Below, piece by piece: positions 1-7,518 of a stretch of DNA of 35,457 nucleotides. The position numbers and the translations under genes were made by a program. How positions within the stretch are numbered: position 1 is the first letter of the stretch; every line of letters begins with the position of its first letter. This stretch comes from Patescibacteria group bacterium. Its GTDB lineage: Bacteria; Patescibacteriota; Minisyncoccia; UBA6257; UBA11618. The notes beneath the pieces were generated by a model. The model was not told the DNA's origin and did not search any database. It saw nothing but the letters and a program-made list of their open reading frames with translations. Where the stretch lies: assembly GCA_003539915.1 (NCBI GenBank), contig DPNX01000002.1:1-35457 (forward strand), in the 5' to 3' direction.

Positions 1-690
1 CCTTATCAAGTATTTGGTGGTATTCGTTTTTATGAAAGGAAAGAGGTTAAGGATTTATTAGCTGGTTTACGTTTCGCTTTCAATCCTAACGATGAGGTTA
101 GCTTTGAAAGATTGCAAAAAACTTTTGGCAAGAGACGTAGTAGGGTTTTGATCGAGAATCTACCTCGCTTAGCAAATGAACTTACCCTTACTCAATTAAT
201 TGATTCTTTTCTTAACAACTCTAACTACATCAACTATCTAGAAAGTCATTATAAGAACTACAAGGATCGGATTGAGAATGTTCAGGAGTTGGTTAACTTT
301 GCCTCTTCTTTTGAGGGCCAAGGCTTAGCTGCTTTTTTGGAGGCGGTAAGCTTAGTACAGAGCCAGGATAAGCCTGAGGGGATGAATGGTGTTAAGCTAA
401 TGACTATTCACTTATCAAAAGGACTTGAGTTTAATAATGTTTTTGTCTGTGGTTGTAGTGAGGGGTTATTACCTCATGAGAGATCTATCGGCTCTCCTGA
501 AGAATTGGAGGAGGAAAGACGGTTAATGTACGTTGCTATGACCAGGGCAAGAAAGAACTTATTCCTTACTTTAAACAGCATTCCTTCAAGATTCTTATAT
601 GAGCTACCGGAAGAATTACTTACCTTCAAAGGTCTGGGTCAGGAGAAAAGCTCTTTACCTGACGAGGATGAGATGTATATTGAATATTAG
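1..690 (+). CDS. UvrD/PcrA/Rep-family DNA helicase, C-terminal part (5' end cut by window edge)
   Basis: Frame 1 is open from base 1 (PYQVFGGIRFYERKEVKDLL...) and runs into the tracked ORF. It carries helicase motif V/VI-like TIHLSKGLEF and YVAMTRARKNL. Confidence 0.85.
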   Translation, partial: PYQVFGGIRFYERKEVKDLLAGLRFAFNPNDEVSFERLQKTFGKRRSRVLIENLPRLANELTLTQLIDSFLNNSNYINYLESHYKNYKDRIENVQELVNFASSFEGQGLAAFLEAVSLVQSQDKPEGMNGVKLMTIHLSKGLEFNNVFVCGCSEGLLPHERSIGSPEELEEERRLMYVAMTRARKNLFLTLNSIPSRFLYELPEELLTFKGLGQEKSSLPDEDEMYIEY

Positions 691-693
691 GAT

Positions 694-1455
694 ATGGGAA
701 GAAGATTAGGACAACATTTTTTAAAAGATCAGAATATTCTGAAAAAAATAGCTGGCGCTCTAGAAATACAGAGTGGTGATTTTATTATTGAAGTTGGTCC
801 TGGTAGGGGGTCTTTAACTGAGTTATTGATGGCGGCTCCTGTGGGAAGGGTAATAGCAATTGAGAAAGATAAGAAATTAGCTCTCGATCTGAAGTTAAAA
901 AATAGAAATGATGTGGTCTTAGAGGTGATTGAAGATGATGTGTTGAAAGTGCTATCAACTATAACTAATAAATTAAATAGGGAATATAAGCTGATAGGTA
1001 ATATTCCTTATTACATTACCGGTCATCTATTAAGAATAGTCTCTGAGTTAGATAATAAACCCTCTTTAACAGTCTTTACCATGCAAAAAGAGGTGGCTAA
1101 GAGATTGTCCGCTAAACCACCAGCTATGAACCTGTTGGCTGCGAGTGTTCAATACTGGGCTGATCCCAAAATTGTTGCCTCTATTCCTCCTGGAAGCTTT
1201 ATTCCTCCCCCTAAAGTTGATTCAGCCATTATTAGCTTAAAAACAAAGAAGGTAAAAAATAGTGAGGATTATTATAAATTCATTAAAATTCTCTTTAAGC
1301 AACCTAGAAAAACTATCTTGAATAATCTTTCTGAGGGATTGGAAATGGAAAAAGGTACTATAAAAGAAAAATTAGCTGATTTAGATATAAAAGAGAGAAG
1401 TAGGCCTCAAAATTTGGATCTAGAAACAATTAAAAAAATATCTAAGTTGTTTTAA
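694..1455 (+). CDS. rsmA: 16S rRNA (adenine1518/1519-N6)-dimethyltransferase
   Basis: N-terminus is LGQHFLKDQNILKKI and the SAM-binding motif is IIEVGPGRGSLTE, with NIPYYIT downstream. Length of 253 aa is typical for KsgA. Confidence 0.9.
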   Translation: MGRRLGQHFLKDQNILKKIAGALEIQSGDFIIEVGPGRGSLTELLMAAPVGRVIAIEKDKKLALDLKLKNRNDVVLEVIEDDVLKVLSTITNKLNREYKLIGNIPYYITGHLLRIVSELDNKPSLTVFTMQKEVAKRLSAKPPAMNLLAASVQYWADPKIVASIPPGSFIPPPKVDSAIISLKTKKVKNSEDYYKFIKILFKQPRKTILNNLSEGLEMEKGTIKEKLADLDIKERSRPQNLDLETIKKISKLF

Positions 1456-1482
1456 GGGGGTGGATAACTCCCTTAATTTTTT
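1452..1482 (+). terminator. Rho-independent terminator after rsmA
   Basis: Stem TTAAGGGGG (1452-1460) pairs with CTCCCTTAA (1468-1476), 9 bp including one G-U, with a 7-nt loop. It is followed by TTTTTT at 1477-1482. Confidence 0.7.
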
Positions 1483-1499
1483 AGTTTGCTGATTAAGGG

Positions 1500-1505
1500 T
1501 ATAAT
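1500..1505 (+). promoter_or_regulatory. -10 box TATAAT, 6 nt before the ATG at 1512 (leaderless-type promoter of the T4SS-like operon)
   Basis: The hexamer is an exact TATAAT, followed by the 6-nt spacer tattac and then ATG. There is no Shine-Dalgarno and no convincing -35. Confidence 0.5.
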
Positions 1506-1511
1506 TATTAC

Positions 1512-2294
1512 ATGAGATCCGTCCGTAAATTCGGTTTGTTTTTGCTTATGGGCCTGTTTGCTTTGGTTGGATTAGTATTCTTTGGTAATTCATTAGAGAC
1601 TCAGACCCCTCAAGTACTGTCTCCAAAAAAAGTGGCTGTGAAGCCAGGCGCTTCAAACAACTTAAATGGAGAGATTGTTATTAATAATCTTCAGGCCGAG
1701 CCTATTATGGATGAGACCACTAAACGCCTAGGGGATCAGATTGCCCAACACATCAAGAGCTTGAATAACGACGGCTTGGTAAGTATTGATGATAAAAAAT
1801 ATGCTAAAGCTCTTAACCCAGAGAATATAGCTAACTCAATCATTAGTGAGGAGCTGGAAAAAATTAATAATATTGATCTTGGTTTCAATGATATTAAATT
1901 AGCAAAAATTAATATTGATTATCGAAATGATAAAAAAATACTGGCTGATTATTTCACCTCTTTCCAAAAAGTAATAAATAAGAACTTTGCTACACAGAAG
2001 ATAGATTGGGAAGAGTTTAATAAGAATAATTTTGATGAGATTATTTCTGCTTATGATAAAGCTATAGCCGAATTTTATAAATTAAAAGTTCCTGCCTTAG
2101 CTCTTAATATACACAAACAACAAATCTCTCTAATGATTCAACAAAAAATAGTCATGACTAAGTTGAAAGATGTTGATAGCAATCCTTTAGAGGCTTTAGC
2201 AGCTTTAAAATACAACCCCTCAATAGACGCAGGGTTTAAGGAGGTGACTAGTAAAGTTCTAAATCTATTAAAGATTAATCAGATAAGTATTTAA
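1512..2294 (+). CDS. Hypothetical bitopic membrane protein (N-terminal TM anchor plus ~230-aa external K/N/I-rich domain); first gene of the T4SS-like operon
   Basis: Hydrophobic segment FGLFLLMGLFALVGLVFFG lies near the N-terminus. The stop overlaps the next start (TAATG at 2294). I recognise no motif; the topology resembles VirB8-type proteins, which is a guess. Confidence 0.6.
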   Translation: MRSVRKFGLFLLMGLFALVGLVFFGNSLETQTPQVLSPKKVAVKPGASNNLNGEIVINNLQAEPIMDETTKRLGDQIAQHIKSLNNDGLVSIDDKKYAKALNPENIANSIISEELEKINNIDLGFNDIKLAKINIDYRNDKKILADYFTSFQKVINKNFATQKIDWEEFNKNNFDEIISAYDKAIAEFYKLKVPALALNIHKQQISLMIQQKIVMTKLKDVDSNPLEALAALKYNPSIDAGFKEVTSKVLNLLKINQISI

Positions 2295-3688
2295 TGAATA
2301 TTAGAAATAAAATTTTAGTTGGAATTCTTGGACTCAGTCTGATTTTGATACCTGTTCAGAGAGCTCAAGCTCTTTTTGGAGTTGGCGATATTGTTTTTGA
2401 AACTAATCCAGCTCTAATTTCTAATGCTGTAGGTGAGACTTTCCTTAGAGATGTTCTTAAGGTGGCAGTTAGTTCTCTTAAGAGAAGGTTATTATCAATG
2501 GTTACTGATCAGATAGTTAACTGGGTTGAAGGAGGGGGTAAGCCTCTATTTGTTACTGACTGGAAAGGCTTCTTATCTGATGCGGCTAATATTGCAGCAG
2601 GTGACTTTGCGTTAGAGCTAGGATTAGAAGAGCTCTGCTCTCCTTTCGGCCTCCAAGTTCAGTTAAGTATTCTTACCCCGCCAAGATTTACTGATTACGT
2701 TTCTTGCACACTAGATGATATCGTTGGTAATATTGAAAACTTTTATGAGGACTTCCGTAACGGTGGTTGGTTTGCCTACTCAGAAATGTGGCTACCTCAA
2801 AACAACTATTATGGTGCTGTCTTTATGGCTATGAATGAAAGAGATGTTCGAATTGCTGAAGAAGCTCAAGCTAGCATTCTAGAAGCTGTTTCTGGTAATG
2901 GTTTCTTGGGCACTAGGAAGTGTGATCCTTCTGGTAGGTTCTGTACTATTACCACTCCAGGAGCTCAAGTTGGTGCTTTAGTTGCAAAAGCTGTTGGCTC
3001 TGACATTGACTACTTGATTGAAGCTGACGATCTAGCTGTTTATGTGGGAGCGATAGCGGACGCCCTGATTAACAGGTTGGTCCGATCTGGTGCTGAAGGA
3101 TTAATTAGCTTAACTACTCCTGACAAACCATCTAATGGTTACTTTAGCGGCTCTGGTCCATGTTCTGGATTAAGAGGTGGTGACTTAACCAACTGCTTAT
3201 CAATAATTAAAGCTAGTGAAAAGACTTACGAGGATAATAAAAAATTATTCCTCACTCAAATTGATGCCACTCTACTACCAAGGCAAACTGGTGGAACAAT
3301 ATTAGCTTCCTTAGTAGAAGGTCAGTCTATATTAGTTCGAACGATAACTAACCTGAGAGATTGTCAGGCTGTCAAAAACTTACCAGAAACTATCTCTACA
3401 GAAACTAATCTTCAAAATGAGCAAGATTCTCTAAACCAATTAAATGGAGAGCTTTTGGCTAATAGGAGAATAACCGAGGCCTTGGAGAGTGCTAAGCTTA
3501 ATATTCAAAACCCTAGCTATCCAGACACACCAACTATCGCTTACCACTACAACAATATTGTTGGTTTATTAGATGAGGATGCAGCCCAATCATTCCAAAC
3601 CACCAAAGAAGCTAACAAAGAACAGCTGCAAAATGAAATTACTGGTAAGATATCAAATGCTCAACAGCAATTAGAAGCTTGTGAATAA
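2294..3688 (+). CDS. Hypothetical secreted protein with conserved-looking Cys residues and a Q/N-rich C-terminal coiled-coil-like region
   Basis: Signal peptide is ILVGILGLSLILIPVQRAQA followed by LFG. Nine cysteines are spaced along the mature part (ELCSPFG, YVSCTL, RKCDPSGRFCTI, GPCSGLRGGDLTNCL, RDCQAV, LEACE). The tail has a heptad-like Q/N/L/E pattern. Confidence 0.6.
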   Translation: MNIRNKILVGILGLSLILIPVQRAQALFGVGDIVFETNPALISNAVGETFLRDVLKVAVSSLKRRLLSMVTDQIVNWVEGGGKPLFVTDWKGFLSDAANIAAGDFALELGLEELCSPFGLQVQLSILTPPRFTDYVSCTLDDIVGNIENFYEDFRNGGWFAYSEMWLPQNNYYGAVFMAMNERDVRIAEEAQASILEAVSGNGFLGTRKCDPSGRFCTITTPGAQVGALVAKAVGSDIDYLIEADDLAVYVGAIADALINRLVRSGAEGLISLTTPDKPSNGYFSGSGPCSGLRGGDLTNCLSIIKASEKTYEDNKKLFLTQIDATLLPRQTGGTILASLVEGQSILVRTITNLRDCQAVKNLPETISTETNLQNEQDSLNQLNGELLANRRITEALESAKLNIQNPSYPDTPTIAYHYNNIVGLLDEDAAQSFQTTKEANKEQLQNEITGKISNAQQQLEACE

Positions 3689-3690
3689 TT

Positions 3691-5553
3691 ATGATATTTA
3701 AAAGACATAAAATATTACTATTACTTCTACTCTTGGTAATTTTAATGCCTAGCTTAGCTCAAGCAGATGTCTTTTCAGGTGCTGCTCTCAGCACAATAGC
3801 ATTTGCCGATGACATAATGGCAAAGGTGTTGTTCGCTGCTGTCTATCTTATTGGTTATTTAGCGGGAATTATCTTTATGATAGCTGGATTTTTACTTCAA
3901 GTAGGTCTGGAATTAAATGCTAATCTAATAAACAGCCCTCTAGTACAAGTTGGATGGCAGATATCTCGTGACTTTGCTAACTTATTATTAGTAGTAGCTA
4001 TAATAACTACTGCTCTCGGAACTATTATAAGGTGGAGAGGTTATACGTACAAGGAGATCTTACCTAGTATTATAGTCGTCGCTCTTCTAATCAACTTTAG
4101 CTTATCAATCGCTGGTATATTTATTGATGCCACTGGTGTAGTTAGTAATTTCTTTGTGGCAAAAGCAACTCCAAACGCTAGTCATGGGGACTTTATTCAA
4201 TTTTCCAGCTCTCTTGCACATGCCTTAGGATTACAAGAGGCTATGAAAACCGACCATCTTAAGGAGGACGAGTTTACAGAGAGTGCCACCTTTAAATTTG
4301 GCAAAGCTTCACTTCAATTATTAGCAGCACTGTTTTTTGTTGTTGCTTTCACCGTCTTAGGAGGGGGTACCATGATGATATTGGCCTTTTCAGTCGTAAT
4401 ACGTTATATAGCCCTGTCCTTGTTGTTAATAATGCTGCCCCTAGCCTTAATTTCTAGTACAATTCCTAAATTTAAAAAGAATTGGGAGGAGTGGCAAGGG
4501 AAGTTTATCGAGTATCTAACTTTTCTGCCAGTTTCATTATTCTTTATTTACTTAACTATTATCTTCTTGACCAATTTCAAAGATGATCCTAATGGCATCT
4601 TTAGTACTATCACCAGTAGTCAGAGTAGTGTTGCTGATTTTATTGCTAACATTGCCGAAACAGCAGCTCGACTATCTATTGTTATTGGCTTGTTGCTAGG
4701 TAATCTGATTATTTCAAAAAAAATAAGTAGTAGTGCAAAAGATATGGTGGCTAACGGTTCATTTGCTCTTTATAACAAGTTTAGGCGTGGTAGCAGGAAG
4801 GTTGGCATGCTACCTTTTCGTGGTGCTAGGGCTGGTGCTAGAGGTATTGGTAAGAGAATACCCGCTACAGATATAAGGGGTAAGGCTGTCGGAGCTATTT
4901 CTAGACTCACCTCTAGAATACCTGTTATTGGAGGAGTTCTCAGCAGCTATAGAGCTAATAGATCAGCTCAAAATGAAGAATTGCGTGCAGAGCAAGTTAA
5001 TGATTATCAAAAGAGTAAATTAAAGAATCTTTCTAATAATGAATTATTTGGCTATTCAGAGCTTGGCTCTGTTGCTAAGGCAGCTAAGTTAAACGAGCTA
5101 TCTAAGAGAGGTAAGTTGGATGAATATCTTAGTAAGAGTAAAGACTCAGAAGCTGCCCTCAAGCCATTTATTGATGCAGCTAAGAAGATGGGTACTCAGA
5201 AGGATCTACTTAAAACTCGCCCTGACCTAGCTGGTAGCTTTGCTGAAGTAGGTGATGATGTAGCTGAGGCAATTGAGAAAGCGGTTGGTAAGATCTCTCC
5301 TAAAGACTCTTTGGAAATAGCGACTTCTGCGCTGAAGAAGGTTGAAGTGGCTATGTCTTTAAAGATGAATCAATTAAAAGAAATTGCTCGAAGTGCTACA
5401 CCTGAGAAGAAGCAAGTTCTTCAAAATGCTGTAAGAATTCATTTAGATCCTCTCATACTAAAAGATACTTCAGCAATGAGTGGTGTAGAAAAACAAATAT
5501 TTGAAAAGCTCAGTAAAATTGATGCGTTTATGGAAGGTCCAGCTTGGAGTTAA
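3691..5553 (+). CDS. VirB6/TrbL-like polytopic membrane protein with a ~250-aa basic/Ala-Lys-rich C-terminal tail
   Basis: A signal-like N-terminus (LLLLLLLVILMPSLAQA) is followed by at least 6 long hydrophobic segments up to about residue 345, then a soluble tail (RRGSRKVGMLPFRGARAGARGIGKR...). Size, topology and position next to PrgI/VirB4 genes fit VirB6-type channel subunits. Confidence 0.6.
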   Translation: MIFKRHKILLLLLLLVILMPSLAQADVFSGAALSTIAFADDIMAKVLFAAVYLIGYLAGIIFMIAGFLLQVGLELNANLINSPLVQVGWQISRDFANLLLVVAIITTALGTIIRWRGYTYKEILPSIIVVALLINFSLSIAGIFIDATGVVSNFFVAKATPNASHGDFIQFSSSLAHALGLQEAMKTDHLKEDEFTESATFKFGKASLQLLAALFFVVAFTVLGGGTMMILAFSVVIRYIALSLLLIMLPLALISSTIPKFKKNWEEWQGKFIEYLTFLPVSLFFIYLTIIFLTNFKDDPNGIFSTITSSQSSVADFIANIAETAARLSIVIGLLLGNLIISKKISSSAKDMVANGSFALYNKFRRGSRKVGMLPFRGARAGARGIGKRIPATDIRGKAVGAISRLTSRIPVIGGVLSSYRANRSAQNEELRAEQVNDYQKSKLKNLSNNELFGYSELGSVAKAAKLNELSKRGKLDEYLSKSKDSEAALKPFIDAAKKMGTQKDLLKTRPDLAGSFAEVGDDVAEAIEKAVGKISPKDSLEIATSALKKVEVAMSLKMNQLKEIARSATPEKKQVLQNAVRIHLDPLILKDTSAMSGVEKQIFEKLSKIDAFMEGPAWS

Positions 5554-5571
5554 TATTAAAATTAATAAACC

Positions 5572-6360
5572 ATGGTCACAATAACATTACAAAACGCTTT
5601 CGCCTCATTATCCGATAAAACCAGGGACTGGCTTACTTCCGAAGAGATAGTGAATAAGATAACCTCTCTTAATGATGGGTTAGGATTAAAATCTGATCGA
5701 CGTCGAATAATATCTAAATTAATTCTTCGAGTAGCTGTCCAGGATTTAGATCCTCGAGACTTTGCTAATGAGCTAGGATCTCAATTAAAAATCAATTATG
5801 AGGCAGCAAAAGAAATAACTCAAAAAGTTCATGCTGATTGCTTGCAACCAATCGAAGCAGAATTAAAGAAAATTAATGTTGATGTTCATGAGATGATTGA
5901 ATACTCTACAGCTCCACCTGAACAACTATCAGCCTATCCTGACAAGCCAGCGCCGGTAATGGAATATTCTAAGCCTGCTAAGCTAGGTTCCAAACCTCTT
6001 AAAGTTGAGGCTACTAGTAAGCTGTCAACCACAGCTCCTGATAACCTGCCTTTAGCAAAACAAAAAATGAAACCAGTTTCCCCTGCCCAACCTTTTGTAT
6101 TACACAAAGAAACGGGTGATATTAAACCAGTAGAAGAGGGGGGTAAGACTTCTTTCAAATACAAAGAGTCTGTTAGAGAAAGAGCTGTTAAGGAACCTCC
6201 CGTTAAAGTTAAAATAGAAAGTCCTCAGAGTGGTAATAACTTAGAGTTTCAGAGAATAGTACATTATAGTAACTTCTTTACCCCTTTTAACACTCCTCAA
6301 ACACCCCCAACCAAGGGAGAGGTTAAAGTTAAAGTACCAGATTCTAAATGGTTTAGTTAA
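5572..6360 (+). CDS. Hypothetical soluble protein: ~110-aa helical N-domain plus Pro/Lys-rich low-complexity tail
   Basis: The ORF has no TM segment or signal peptide. The tail PDKPAPVMEYSKPAKLGSKPLKV...PPVKVKIESP looks disordered. It is co-oriented and 18 nt from the upstream gene. Confidence 0.55.
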   Translation: MVTITLQNAFASLSDKTRDWLTSEEIVNKITSLNDGLGLKSDRRRIISKLILRVAVQDLDPRDFANELGSQLKINYEAAKEITQKVHADCLQPIEAELKKINVDVHEMIEYSTAPPEQLSAYPDKPAPVMEYSKPAKLGSKPLKVEATSKLSTTAPDNLPLAKQKMKPVSPAQPFVLHKETGDIKPVEEGGKTSFKYKESVRERAVKEPPVKVKIESPQSGNNLEFQRIVHYSNFFTPFNTPQTPPTKGEVKVKVPDSKWFS

Positions 6361-6361
6361 T

Positions 6362-6832
6362 ATGCATTTTCAAGTTCCTCAATTTATTGATGTAGAAGAT
6401 AAAATAGTTGGTCCTTTAACTATTAAGCAGTTTTTGTATGTTGCGGCTGGATTCTTAACTATTTTCTTTAGCTTCTTTATTTTTCACTTTTATTTTTGGT
6501 TAATATCTACTGTCTTTATTGTAGTAATAAGTGGTGCTTTCGCTTTTATTAAGTATAATGGCAGATCGTTCTTAGTCCTTATAACATCAGTAATCAATTA
6601 TTACTGGCGTCCTCGTATCTACATCTGGAAAAAAAGGGGTGGTAAACAGGTTAAAAAGAGAGGATTATCAAATCTAAAGTTAAAATTAGATACCTCAAGG
6701 AAGCCTATTAAAGGAGAGAAGTCTTTTATGCTTCCTTTCTTGCAAAGAATAAAGAAGATGAAGGATGAGTATGAGGTTTTTAGAAAATCTACGGGTGAAA
6801 GAGAGGTGGCTCGTAGAGTTGATTATAGATAA
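6362..6832 (+). CDS. PrgI-family (VirB3-like) small membrane protein
   Basis: The N-terminus FQVPQFIDVEDKIVGPLTIKQFLY is followed by two TM helices. This is the characteristic opening of PrgI-family proteins of Gram-positive-type T4SS, and the gene lies directly upstream of VirB4. Confidence 0.7.
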   Translation: MHFQVPQFIDVEDKIVGPLTIKQFLYVAAGFLTIFFSFFIFHFYFWLISTVFIVVISGAFAFIKYNGRSFLVLITSVINYYWRPRIYIWKKRGGKQVKKRGLSNLKLKLDTSRKPIKGEKSFMLPFLQRIKKMKDEYEVFRKSTGEREVARRVDYR

Positions 6833-6834
6833 GT

Positions 6835-6840
6835 TATAAT
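6835..6840 (+). promoter_or_regulatory. Internal -10 box TATAAT, 6 nt before the ATG at 6847
   Basis: An exact TATAAT sits in the 14-nt PrgI/VirB4 spacer. It has the same TATAAT-N6-ATG geometry as at 1512 and 33321. Confidence 0.4.
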
Positions 6841-6846
6841 AAAGCG

Positions 6847-7518
6847 ATGCCAAAACAAAAATCCCTAGCAACACAAGAAATTATTGATATTGATCGCATT
6901 GAAGATGATGTGATTGTTTTGAAAGGTGGTAGTTTTAGAAAAATATTATTAGTTTCAGGAATTAACTTTGATCTTAAATCTGAAGAAGAGAAGAACTTGA
7001 TCATCTTCAGTTACCAGGAGTTTTTAAACTCTCTAAGCTTTTCTATTCAAGAGATAATTCATTCTCGAAAGATTAATATTGAGGGTTATTTGAGTCATTT
7101 AAAAAATCTCCATCAAAAAGAACCTACTAGCTTGTTAAAAAATTTAATTACTGACTATAAAGATTTTGTTAAAGAGTTTGTAGAAAGAAATCCTATTATG
7201 TCTAAGACTTTTTTTATTGTAGTGCCTTATGACCCTATTAATATTCCTAAGATAGGTAAAAGAGTAACTAGAGGTTTGTTTGGATTATTTAAAAAGAAGA
7301 AAGGAGTGGTTGAAGAAAAAACTGAAGATGGTCAGTTTTTAGAAAATAAGCGGCAGCTGGATTTGAGAGTGGATCAAGTAACAGCAGGACTAAATAGGGT
7401 TGGCTTGAGAGCTGTTCCTTTATCAGAAGATGAGGCTATTGAATTATTTTATAATTTTTATAATCCAGCATTAGTAGAAAAGAAAGGTGTTATTAAAAGA
7501 GATAAAAATGAAGAATGA
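6847..7518 (+). CDS. VirB4/TraE-type ATPase, N-terminal domain encoded as a separate ORF
   Basis: TQEIIDIDRIEDDVIVLKGGSFRKILLVSGINFDLKSEEEKNLIIFSYQEFLNSL matches the conserved opening of Gram-positive-type VirB4 proteins (recalled pattern, not a search). The ORF ends at TGA 7516-7518, inside the next ORF. Confidence 0.7.
   Translation: MPKQKSLATQEIIDIDRIEDDVIVLKGGSFRKILLVSGINFDLKSEEEKNLIIFSYQEFLNSLSFSIQEIIHSRKINIEGYLSHLKNLHQKEPTSLLKNLITDYKDFVKEFVERNPIMSKTFFIVVPYDPINIPKIGKRVTRGLFGLFKKKKGVVEEKTEDGQFLENKRQLDLRVDQVTAGLNRVGLRAVPLSEDEAIELFYNFYNPALVEKKGVIKRDKNEE

Noticed and set aside
5934-6164. Short antisense or overlapping ORFs inside longer genes: 5934-6164, 7984-8205, 9883-10179, 14448-14651, 15996-16265, 17437-17640, 18278-18478, 25317-25529, 25560-25769, 28070-28258 and 31333-31515
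   Set aside because: Each lies entirely within (or, for 15996-16265, largely within) a well-supported gene on the opposite strand. Their composition is low-complexity or hydrophobic, as is typical of shadow frames in AT-rich DNA, and none has start-site signals.
7487-7507. GTG at 7487 as the start of the VirB4 ATPase ORF
   Set aside because: The ATG at 7508 gives the conserved MKNEIKNIIAP opening. It overlaps the upstream stop by only 11 nt, which is typical of coupling, whereas the GTG extension adds 7 residues with no support.
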